In this document: in pieces, positions 1-8,165 of the stretch | Position numbering within the stretch: position 1 is the stretch's first letter | How the letters are laid out: each line of letters opens with the position of its first letter | DNA from: Phycisphaerae bacterium | GTDB lineage: Bacteria; Planctomycetota; Phycisphaerae; UBA1845 | NCBI GenBank assembly: GCA_036505095.1 | Contig: DASXUA010000637.1 | Location: 1-51,964, forward strand | DNA: 51,964 nucleotides | Reading direction: 5' to 3' | Translations under genes and position numbers: made by a program | Notes under the pieces: generated by a model | Seen by the model: only the letters and a program-made list of their open reading frames with translations | What the model was told of the DNA's origin: nothing | Databases searched by the model: none

Positions 1-267
1 TTCCAGCAGGAATGCTTCCGAGTCGCCTTCCTGCCGGCGCTGTGGCCACTGTTCGGAAACGAAAGCCTTGGCCTTGGCGTCGAAACGGTCGCTGCCGGCC
101 ACATGGTCGACGAAGCGCGCGACGACGGCGTCGTCAGCGCGAACGCTCCGTGCGCTGAAAATGACTAGCACGGGTAAGTGTGACAGGCACGCGAGCCACG
201 GGCAAGCGATAAGGCCGCTTGCGCATGCCACCCTGATTGCTGCCGGTCGGTGTTGGTATTTGCTCAC
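1..267 (-). CDS. hypothetical protein, N-terminal part only (gene runs off left edge)
   Basis: Minus-strand frame is open from GTG at 267 to the window edge. It begins VSKYQHRPAAIRVACASGLIACPWLA (hydrophobic, signal-like). It is co-oriented with and 65 nt downstream of the 333..2366 gene. Absent from the ORF track because there is no stop in the window. Confidence 0.3.
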   Translation of the reverse strand, partial: MSKYQHRPAAIRVACASGLIACPWLACLSHLPVLVIFSARSVRADDAVVARFVDHVAGSDRFDAKAKAFVSEQWPQRRQEGDSEAFLLE

Positions 268-332
268 GTGAAGCTCCTGCATTCGGCGCTAACAGCGCTT
301 CGGCAACACCCCACTCGCGTGGGGGGCTCTGA

Positions 333-2366
333 CTAGGGTTGCTCGGCGCGGTCGCGTATCTTAGTGGCGATGTCGGCCACTTCTCGCTGACGATGGCTCA
401 CCTGATTCAGCGATTTACTCAGGGCGTCGCCGGCTTCGGTCCCCGCGCCGCGCGCCTGCTCGATCGCGGTGGTACGCTGGTTGACGCGAAGTTGCGAAGC
501 GCGCAGTAGCTTCAACTCGGCCGAGGTCGGCAGCAGCGGGGAATTCTGATCGCCGCCGCCACCGCCGCCCTGTTGCTGCTGCTGATTTTCCTGCTGCATG
601 CGCTTGACAGCCTCGATCAATTCATTGAGCGTTGTGACGATTTCCTGTTCCATCGCCTGCGTGATGGAGCCGGTGCTCAAGGCCGCCAGGCGCTCGCCGA
701 CGGCATGCATGTCGCCCGCGAGTTGCTCCAAAATCGCCGGGAACACAATGGTCGTGCCTTCTTCCGTCAGGATGTGCAGGCAGGTGGCGGCCATGTCACC
801 CAGGGCGTTCTGTTCCGTCGCCAGTTCCGCCAGTCGCAGCTCTTCCGGCCGGCCGAAGCGCTCGCGACCAGTGGCGTCCAGCTCCGTCGTGGCCTTGTTG
901 ATCGGCATCTGCCGGTTCAGCATTTCCCGGAAGCGGGCCTCCAGATCGCGCAGAATCTCGTCGCGTTCTTCGCGGCGAAGCTGCTTGAGGGCCTCTTCCA
1001 ATTCCGACTGGGCGTGCTGCAATTCCTCGATGGCTTTGTCCTGCTTCTGCGAGCCCTCCTGAGGTTTCTGCTGGTGCAGCTCATCGGCCGCATCGTGCAT
1101 GTGTCGCTCGGCCTGCTCGACGTTCTCCTTGCCGGGCGTGGGCTGCTGATCGCCCTGGGATTCGCCACCCTGCTGTCCGCCCTGTTGATCGCCTTTTTGA
1201 CCGCCTTTGGAACTCTGCTGCATCTTCTGACTGAGGGCGCCCGTCTTCTTAGCGGTTTCCTCCTGCTTATCGCCCATGCCGTTCAGATCGGACTTGTTGC
1301 CGGCGCGTTTGGCTTCTTCTTCGAGGCGATGCCGCGCGCGGCGCAGATCTTCGAGGGCTTTCTCCTGCTCGGCCGGCGCCTGCCCGGCCTTGTCGCCTTC
1401 GAGGGCCGACTTGGCGTTGTCCATCTTTTCGCCGGCCGATTTCAGGTCCTCAGACGCCTTTTCGGTCGCATTGTCGCCCGATGGCGAACCATTTTGGCTC
1501 TGTTGCCCAGACCGCTGTTCACCTTGGGAACCCTTCTGCGACTGCGAGCCCTGCGATTGAGAACCTTGTGACGGCGCGCCCTGTGACGGCGAACTCGGCT
1601 GCGGTGGCGCACCTGGTGATCCTTGCTGATTCTGTGAGCCGGGCGGGTTCTGCGCGGACGGATTCTGCGTTTCGGATTCCGATCCAATTTTGCGAACATC
1701 GTCGGCCAGCAGCTTCGTGTCGCGCGACAGCTCGGCCTGCTTCTCGGCCAGGGCCTTGGATGCTGCGCTGCCGGATTGCGCCTGAGCGCGCTGTTCTTCC
1801 TGCCGGCGCGTCAGATCGTCGATACGCTTGAGCGCATTAGCGATGGCGGCCTGCCGGCGCTGCGCAGCGCTGGCTTTACCGCTGTCGCTGCGCTGAGCGC
1901 GCTCCTCTTCGAGCAGGCGGTTCAGCTCCTGTTTGATCTCTTCGAGCCGCTGAATCTCACGCTGACGGTCCGCGTCGCGCGCACTTTTCTCCAACAGGAC
2001 GTTGAGGATCGCTTCCAGATCTTTTTGCAGGGCCTTCTGCTCATCGGCGGCCAGATTCAGGCGCGAGGCGTCCGCGAGCAACGTGACCAGGTCATCGACC
2101 CGCTTCTCGAGCGCCAGCTCCCCCGTTTGCTCGATGGCCTTGGTGAGCTTGGCCGCGTTCTCGGGCTCGGTTTCGGCCAGCTTTTCCTGCAGGCGATACA
2201 TGCGGTCCTGCCAACGGCTGATGCGCTCGCGGATGAGTTGCTCCTTGGTCGACAGCGGGTTCGGCAAGGCTTGCTTATCGCCGGGCCGCGCGGGCGTCTC
2301 GGTCTGCGCCAGCACCGGCGCAACGGCGAGTAGAACGGTCGCGAACCCATGCCACAGCGCTTTCAT
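333..2366 (-). CDS. secreted coiled-coil / low-complexity (Q,S,G,E-rich) protein, function unknown
   Basis: ORF 333..2480 trimmed to the internal ATG at 2366, which gives a clean signal peptide (MKALWHGFATVLLAVAPVLAQTE). This ATG overlaps the upstream stop as ATGA (2363-2366). The protein has long heptad-like E/R/K/Q stretches and an SQGSQSQGSQ low-complexity core. Confidence 0.75.
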   Translation of the reverse strand: MKALWHGFATVLLAVAPVLAQTETPARPGDKQALPNPLSTKEQLIRERISRWQDRMYRLQEKLAETEPENAAKLTKAIEQTGELALEKRVDDLVTLLADASRLNLAADEQKALQKDLEAILNVLLEKSARDADRQREIQRLEEIKQELNRLLEEERAQRSDSGKASAAQRRQAAIANALKRIDDLTRRQEEQRAQAQSGSAASKALAEKQAELSRDTKLLADDVRKIGSESETQNPSAQNPPGSQNQQGSPGAPPQPSSPSQGAPSQGSQSQGSQSQKGSQGEQRSGQQSQNGSPSGDNATEKASEDLKSAGEKMDNAKSALEGDKAGQAPAEQEKALEDLRRARHRLEEEAKRAGNKSDLNGMGDKQEETAKKTGALSQKMQQSSKGGQKGDQQGGQQGGESQGDQQPTPGKENVEQAERHMHDAADELHQQKPQEGSQKQDKAIEELQHAQSELEEALKQLRREERDEILRDLEARFREMLNRQMPINKATTELDATGRERFGRPEELRLAELATEQNALGDMAATCLHILTEEGTTIVFPAILEQLAGDMHAVGERLAALSTGSITQAMEQEIVTTLNELIEAVKRMQQENQQQQQGGGGGGDQNSPLLPTSAELKLLRASQLRVNQRTTAIEQARGAGTEAGDALSKSLNQVSHRQREVADIATKIRDRAEQP

Positions 2367-4612
2367 TTGAAGATCTCCTCGGCCTGGCGCCGGATGGCTT
2401 CCTCGGTCTCGGCATTCAATTCGCCCTGGAGCCGCAGAATCTCGCGCAGCATGTTGACGGTCTCCTGGAAGCCCTCCCATTTTACCATCTGGGTCAGCAC
2501 GGCTCTCATTTGTTGAATTATTTCGGCCTGCAACGGGTCCACACCCGCTGCCACGTCCGTGGCCGGCTCGCCGGCCAGGTTCCGCAGCAAGTCGGCGGCC
2601 GTGATCATGTCGCGGCGCGCCAGCCAGCCCAGCGGCTCGATCACACCCCGCCCCAAGCGCTCTTGGACGATCGAGGTGTCCAGCCGGTTCACCCGCATTT
2701 CCGTCAGAATCTGCTCGAACTGCTGGCGGATGATGTTGACCTGTCCGGCGATCTGCCGCTGGCGGCGCTCCTGGGCGCTGATGGCGCGGCCGAAGTCGTT
2801 CATCGACTGCGCGTCGCCCATGTGGCCGATCAGCGTCAGCAACTGCCCGCGCACCTGTTCCTGGGCCTCAATCAGGCGCTCGAAACTTTGGCGATATTCC
2901 TGCTCGCGCCGGCCCAGATCGGCCAGCAGTTCGTCGCGCGTCACGACGCGCATGGTCACACCCGATGATTGGCCGACATTAGGCCCGGAAACGTCGTCGG
3001 CGTCCACGGCGCGCGCGAACACGGTGATGCGATCGCCGGGGACAGCCGCTGCAGCCGACAGGGGCCATTCAAATCGCGCGTTGAAGACCTTCACGCGCGT
3101 TTCAAATCCGGGGACGGACAGCGGGACAGGCGCCGCGATGTCGCGCTCCGTCCCGGCAATCGAAGCGGCCCGGCTGGCGAATTGGTACACGAATTCGGCC
3201 GTGGCCAGGCCGTAAGCATCCGAGAACTCCAGGTCGACGGGCAGCACGGCTTCGGCCGTCACCATGTCGCTCACGCCGGTGAGCTTCAGACGTGCGCGCG
3301 GTGGCTCGTCCTTGATGATGCGCACCGAAAACCGCGCTGGATGCTTGTCTTCCAGACCGCTGTCGTCCAGCAGGTCAAACTGATAGCTCTGCGTCTGCGC
3401 CGGACGAAAGCTGACGGACCAATGCGTGGAAAATCCTGCAGCGTCGGGCCTTGTGCCCGGCGCCAGGCTGACGGCGCCGCCCACAAGGGGCGACGCCACA
3501 TCGGCTGGCTGTGCCGCGTCGATCACCTGATCGCCCGCGCGCAGCACAGCCTTCACGACGGGCTTGTTAGTCTCGATCCGGATCGCGACCTCGCTGCCGG
3601 GCAACGCTTCGGCGGCCCGTTGACCCTCGGGAAGATCGACGGGCGCCAGCCGCGTGTAGGTCGGCGGTGCGATCCGCACAATCGAGCGTTCCACGTTCGG
3701 GCGATCCACCAGTCGCACCGAGTACTCGCGCGTGCGGTCGTCGCCGCCGCGCAGCGAGAAAGTGAACTCCTCGGTCACGTGCGGAAAAGTGTAGCGGAAG
3801 CCGCGCTCACCGACGGCGATCATCGTCTCGCGGCCGGACTTGCGGCCGGCGTCAAAGAGAATTTCCACCTGTCGCGGAACCTCGCCATGCGCGGCCGCCC
3901 GGATTTCGAGGTCGTCACCGCGCGCCGCCGTGATGACGTTGCCATTGGTCTCCACCATCAAGCGCGTGCGCTGCGGCCAATTGACGTCGGCCAGCAGAAT
4001 GTTGCGCTGGAACCAGAGGCTTGCCAGGTCCCGAGTGGCGGGAATCAGCCAGGCCGCCAAAAACACGACTATGACCGCTACACCCATCCCGCCGCTGCGG
4101 GCTGCACGGCGATGATTTAGCAGCGTTGTCAGCGGCAGGTCGGCCGCACATTGCGCGCTCTCCTCGATCACCGCGGAAACCAGTTCAGGCGACTGGGAGG
4201 GCGAGGCTCCCGCCGAGCCTTCCGCGCTCTCGGTGCGGCGCTGCGGCGCGCGGCGCGCCAGGAAGAACTGCAGGCCGGAGACCACAAGCGACTGGAGTTG
4301 TGGATATCGCTGCTCGACCAGGCAGGCGGCCTCGAAGACGCCGTAGCCCCGCCGCAGCGGCGCTACGATTCGCCGCCACGCGATGACCGCGATGACCGCC
4401 AGGACGGCGATGAGCAGTGCCGCGCGCATGTCCGTGCGCAGCCGCATCGACCAGTCGATCAGGAATTGTACTACGACGGCCAGCAGAACGCTGATGGCCA
4501 GAATGGCCAGACCGTCAAGCAGCACATAGACCGACAAACGTCGCGCCAGCCCCCGCAGGCGGGCCAGAACGTTCCGCTCGAATTGTCGCTCGTGCTCGGA
4601 CATAACCGCCAA
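2363..4612 (-). CDS. large membrane protein, function unknown (N-terminal TM pair, long extracytoplasmic region)
   Basis: 749-aa ORF with hydrophobic helices near the N-terminus (VYVLLDGLAILAISVLLAVVV, AALLIAVLAVIAVIAW) and another near aa 180. It is translationally coupled (ATGA) to the downstream coiled-coil gene. No family recognised with certainty. Confidence 0.75.
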   Translation of the reverse strand: MAVMSEHERQFERNVLARLRGLARRLSVYVLLDGLAILAISVLLAVVVQFLIDWSMRLRTDMRAALLIAVLAVIAVIAWRRIVAPLRRGYGVFEAACLVEQRYPQLQSLVVSGLQFFLARRAPQRRTESAEGSAGASPSQSPELVSAVIEESAQCAADLPLTTLLNHRRAARSGGMGVAVIVVFLAAWLIPATRDLASLWFQRNILLADVNWPQRTRLMVETNGNVITAARGDDLEIRAAAHGEVPRQVEILFDAGRKSGRETMIAVGERGFRYTFPHVTEEFTFSLRGGDDRTREYSVRLVDRPNVERSIVRIAPPTYTRLAPVDLPEGQRAAEALPGSEVAIRIETNKPVVKAVLRAGDQVIDAAQPADVASPLVGGAVSLAPGTRPDAAGFSTHWSVSFRPAQTQSYQFDLLDDSGLEDKHPARFSVRIIKDEPPRARLKLTGVSDMVTAEAVLPVDLEFSDAYGLATAEFVYQFASRAASIAGTERDIAAPVPLSVPGFETRVKVFNARFEWPLSAAAAVPGDRITVFARAVDADDVSGPNVGQSSGVTMRVVTRDELLADLGRREQEYRQSFERLIEAQEQVRGQLLTLIGHMGDAQSMNDFGRAISAQERRQRQIAGQVNIIRQQFEQILTEMRVNRLDTSIVQERLGRGVIEPLGWLARRDMITAADLLRNLAGEPATDVAAGVDPLQAEIIQQMRAVLTQMVKWEGFQETVNMLREILRLQGELNAETEEAIRRQAEEIFK
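3438..3499. repeat. REP-like palindromic element, copy inside a CDS
   Basis: gcagcgtcgggccttgtgcccggcgcc...cgccgcccacaaggggcgacgccac. It is about 85 percent identical by eye to the copy at 46315..46375 and related to 43436..43483. Confidence 0.6.
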
Positions 4613-4656
4613 ATAAGTCCTGAGTCCTGAGGCACCCCCTTTTACACTTCAGTATC

Positions 4657-5259
4657 TTACCCGCCGCGGACGAGGGCGGCATAGTCCTGAGGAGTATTGA
4701 CATTTCGCAGCGACTGAAGTTCGGGATCGACACCGGCCAGCAGATCGACTCCGATGCGGCGGATCTTGAGCGCATCGATCCAGGCCATGGCCCGATGCTC
4801 GCCGCCCGCCAGCAGTTCGGCGGCCTTCGCCAGGGCGGCCACGCGATAAGCGGCCGCCAGTGGATGCCGCCGACCGCCATGCTCGGGAACGGCAGCGTCG
4901 AACTCGCCGACCAACTCGCAAACGCGCGCAACAAAACCAGCTTTCAGCAAGGGCAGATCGCAGGAGCAGATAAAGACGATTTCAGCTCGATCCACGAGCA
5001 CCGGGTACGCGGCGGCCACTCCCGCCAAGGGACCCTGCTGGGCTACCGCATCATGCACCAGGATCAGCGAGCTGCCGCTGATTGCGTTGATCGGCAAGTC
5101 GTTTTGTCCGGCCGCAATCACAACCGGCGAGGTGACTGGTTGAAGAGTCTCGAGCGTCCGCTGCAGCAGCGTGCGGCCATCCAGAATCAACGACGCCTTC
5201 GGCCGGCCCATGCGCCGGCTTTGGCCGCCACAGAGAATGACGCTCGCGGGTGTTGGCAT
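4657..5259 (-). CDS. mobA: molybdenum cofactor guanylyltransferase
   Basis: 200 aa. N-terminal ILCGGQSRRMGRPKA (the LxGGxxxRMG nucleotide-binding motif) and an overall MobA-like layout, including CSCDLPLL. Confidence 0.85.
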   Translation of the reverse strand: MPTPASVILCGGQSRRMGRPKASLILDGRTLLQRTLETLQPVTSPVVIAAGQNDLPINAISGSSLILVHDAVAQQGPLAGVAAAYPVLVDRAEIVFICSCDLPLLKAGFVARVCELVGEFDAAVPEHGGRRHPLAAAYRVAALAKAAELLAGGEHRAMAWIDALKIRRIGVDLLAGVDPELQSLRNVNTPQDYAALVRGG

Positions 5260-5326
5260 CGATCGTCAGGGCTCGGCAGGAAGCCGGGCTGAGAACAGCC
5301 CGGCTCGGATCAAACCGCCTCCGGCT

Positions 5327-7963
5327 TCAGGAGGCTCCCGGCCCGCGCGGCGGTCGAATGGTGCCCGGATTTGCGACGCGCAAGGTGCCGGGCTTGCGCG
5401 AGGTCTTGTACGCATTTCGCAGCGCATCCATGGCTTCCATCGTGCGGCCGGCCTTTTCAAGGGCTTTGGCCATTTGTTCCCAGGCTTCCGCCTCGGCTGA
5501 AACGTTTTTCTGCGCCGCGGCGGTTTCGATGCGCCGCTGAACGCAATGGATGGCGTCGTCGATGCGGCCGCGCTTCAAGTACATCTCCGCCATGTGTTCG
5601 TGAAGCTGCAAAAGGCCGTTCAGCAGACCGCTGTGTTCCAGGTGCGCGAGCGACGCGGCAAACTCGCGCTCGGCAGTCTCGAATTCCCCAGCGGCCACCG
5701 CCAGATTGGCGAGATTGAGCCGGCTCATTCCGGCATCCACACGGCTGCCAACCTCCTCGCCCAACAGCAAGGCGCGTTGGAAGTGTTCGCGCGCTTCGGC
5801 GGTTCGACCCAGGCGCGCCATACATCTTCCGGCGCCGTTGTAGCACGGGATCAGATTGACCAGGTCGCCCAGGCTTCGATGAATCTCAATCGCTTCGTTG
5901 AAGGCCGCGAGCGCCTCCTCGGGTCGGTCAAGCCGCAGCAGTACGTTGCCCATATTGCAACGGTTCTTGGCAAAGTCGGAGCGCTGATCAATGGCCGATT
6001 CCAATTCGGTTGCTTGACGCAGCAGCTCGAGAGCGCGCTCGTATTGCCCGGTGTAATAATGCATGGCGCCCATGTTGGCGAAGACCGCCGCCAGGAATTC
6101 CGCGTCGCCCGCCGCCAGCGCCAAGCGTTCTTGTTGACGGAAACGTTCCAGCGCCTGGTCGTAGTGCCCTAGGCGCGTGTGGACCATGCCGATCAGGCCG
6201 ATGGCCTCCTTGTAGTCCGAGTCAATCACGAGCGATTGCTCAGCGAGTGACAGAGCCGTGCGGTAGTCACCCTGGTGAAAGGCGCGATCCGCGCGGAGAA
6301 ATCGCTGGTAGGCCTCCACATTCGCCGGGCGCGGTTCGCGCGCCGTGCGCGCGGTTCCCGGCGCCGCAGCGCCCGTGTCTGGCTGCACGTAACCAAGCTG
6401 CTGGACTATTCCTGCGGCGACCTGGTCCTCGAGGTCGAAGAGTTGCTGGGTCGTGCCCGAAATGCGCACGATGTTGCGCGCGGTGCGCTGGTCACCACGG
6501 AGAATTGAGGCCGTGATGCGGATCTGTTCACCGACGCGCTGATAGGCGCCACAGACGACCGTGCCCGCGCCGATCCAGCGCGCCGCGGTCAGCAGGCTTT
6601 CCTCGGGAAGGTCGGCGAAGTAGGTCGCGTCCGCCGCCGACCCCGAGTCCGGCGGAAACGCGTTGCGCACCCGCTGCTGGAGAGTGTGCCGGTCGCCGAC
6701 CTGGATTCCGGGAATACGGCTGAGCGCACTTTCGATCTCGGCCGCCAGACCATCGGCAATCCAGTCGTCTGCGGGATTGCGATGCAGATTGCGGAACGGC
6801 AGGACGGCGATGCCGCGCGCACTGACCACCGTGCGGGCCGCCACACCCGCGGGTGACTCGGGCAGGCGCCGGCGGAGCTGATCGGCCAACTCGGCGCAGG
6901 AGCCGGGCCGTTCGGCGCGATTCTTGGCCAACGCGCCGGCGATTACCCGATCCAATTCGAGCAAAAGCGGCGTAGCTGCGGCGTCCGGATAGCCCGTACG
7001 ACGCGCGTCCACCAGGGATGGAGCGGGAGCGTGCACTTGCTGCCGCGCGATTTCCTCGAGGGTATGACCTTCAAAAGGCGGACGGCCCGTGAGCAGGTGG
7101 AAGATTGTGGCTCCAGCCGCGTATACGTCAGTGCGAGGGTCGGGCGGTTCCAGCAGCGTGAACTGCTCAGGAGCGGCGTAATGCGGCGTACCGACAAACA
7201 TCGGCGACATGGTGGTCATGTCCGTCAGGGTCTGAAAACCCTGCTGGAGTGTGGCCACCCCCAGGTCGGTCATCTTCACCGTGCCGCGCGGCGTGAGCAG
7301 CAGGTTGGCGGGCTTGACATCGCGGTGGATCAGCCCGGCCTCGTGGATCGCCTCCAATCCGGCAAGAAACTGCACGCTGATATGGACCGTCTGCTCCGGC
7401 AAGAGCGGCCCGAGCGCCCCGAGCAACGAGGCCAGATCGGCCCCGTCGACGAATTCCATCACCAAAAACCAGCGCCCCTCATGCTGATCGCAATCCATGA
7501 CGCGGGCGACGTTGCCATGCGAGACCTTGAAGCCGCGCGAAGCCTCTTTCATGAGTCGGGCCACGTCGCCGGCTCGGGAAGCGCCGTCGGCCGTGCGCAG
7601 AAACTTCAAGACGCACCAGCCCGCCAGGTGCGGATGGCGCGCCAGCCAGACCTCGCCTTGGCCACCGCTGCCGATAATCGACACCAACTCGTAACGTCCC
7701 ACGCGAATCCCATGCGGCGCTCGCACGGGAATGGTCTCCTGGGCATCGAGTGGAGTCGCCACGGAAAATGCGGCGAAAGGGACGTCCGGGTCGGGCAAGT
7801 CCGCCCGGACGTCCCCGCCCGAAGGCGAATGTCCCGGCGCGAGGGGACTGCGCGGCATGGCGCAGACCCACGCACAACCGCCGCAACGGACCCCGACATC
7901 CAGGTGGACGATCTGCGTGAGCGGGGCTTTGCAGTTTGGACAGGCAAATGGCCCAGAAGCCAT
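5327..7963 (-). CDS. Ser/Thr protein kinase with N-terminal zinc ribbon and C-terminal TPR array
   Basis: CPNC...CGGC ribbon. Hanks kinase motifs GSGGQGEVW, HRDVKPANLLL, DLGVA and GTPHYAAPEQ. These are followed by an IAVLPFRNL...DWIADGLAAEI module and multiple TPR-like repeats. Confidence 0.9.
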   Translation of the reverse strand: MASGPFACPNCKAPLTQIVHLDVGVRCGGCAWVCAMPRSPLAPGHSPSGGDVRADLPDPDVPFAAFSVATPLDAQETIPVRAPHGIRVGRYELVSIIGSGGQGEVWLARHPHLAGWCVLKFLRTADGASRAGDVARLMKEASRGFKVSHGNVARVMDCDQHEGRWFLVMEFVDGADLASLLGALGPLLPEQTVHISVQFLAGLEAIHEAGLIHRDVKPANLLLTPRGTVKMTDLGVATLQQGFQTLTDMTTMSPMFVGTPHYAAPEQFTLLEPPDPRTDVYAAGATIFHLLTGRPPFEGHTLEEIARQQVHAPAPSLVDARRTGYPDAAATPLLLELDRVIAGALAKNRAERPGSCAELADQLRRRLPESPAGVAARTVVSARGIAVLPFRNLHRNPADDWIADGLAAEIESALSRIPGIQVGDRHTLQQRVRNAFPPDSGSAADATYFADLPEESLLTAARWIGAGTVVCGAYQRVGEQIRITASILRGDQRTARNIVRISGTTQQLFDLEDQVAAGIVQQLGYVQPDTGAAAPGTARTAREPRPANVEAYQRFLRADRAFHQGDYRTALSLAEQSLVIDSDYKEAIGLIGMVHTRLGHYDQALERFRQQERLALAAGDAEFLAAVFANMGAMHYYTGQYERALELLRQATELESAIDQRSDFAKNRCNMGNVLLRLDRPEEALAAFNEAIEIHRSLGDLVNLIPCYNGAGRCMARLGRTAEAREHFQRALLLGEEVGSRVDAGMSRLNLANLAVAAGEFETAEREFAASLAHLEHSGLLNGLLQLHEHMAEMYLKRGRIDDAIHCVQRRIETAAAQKNVSAEAEAWEQMAKALEKAGRTMEAMDALRNAYKTSRKPGTLRVANPGTIRPPRGPGAS

Positions 7964-8165
7964 AAGGCCTTATCTCCGGGCGAGCGGGAGTGGCTCCGGC
8001 CCGGCCCAACGGACCGGCGCAAAGCTGCTCTATATACGAGGATATGGAACTATGGCCGCTTTTCAAGTTGAAAACAGTGGGGCCATGCGGATATACTTGA
8101 GAGATCGCGTCTTGCCGCGAGGGGAAGCGGAAATCCTCCCATTGATGGCCTCCTCGTCGGCCCCT

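Noticed and set aside
573-1571. 332-aa + strand ORF (and others at 1776..2333 and 2969..4120) antisense to the two large minus-strand genes
   Set aside because: Leu/Arg/Ala-rich shadow ORFs typical of GC-rich DNA. The opposite-strand genes have signal peptides, TM helices and start-stop coupling.
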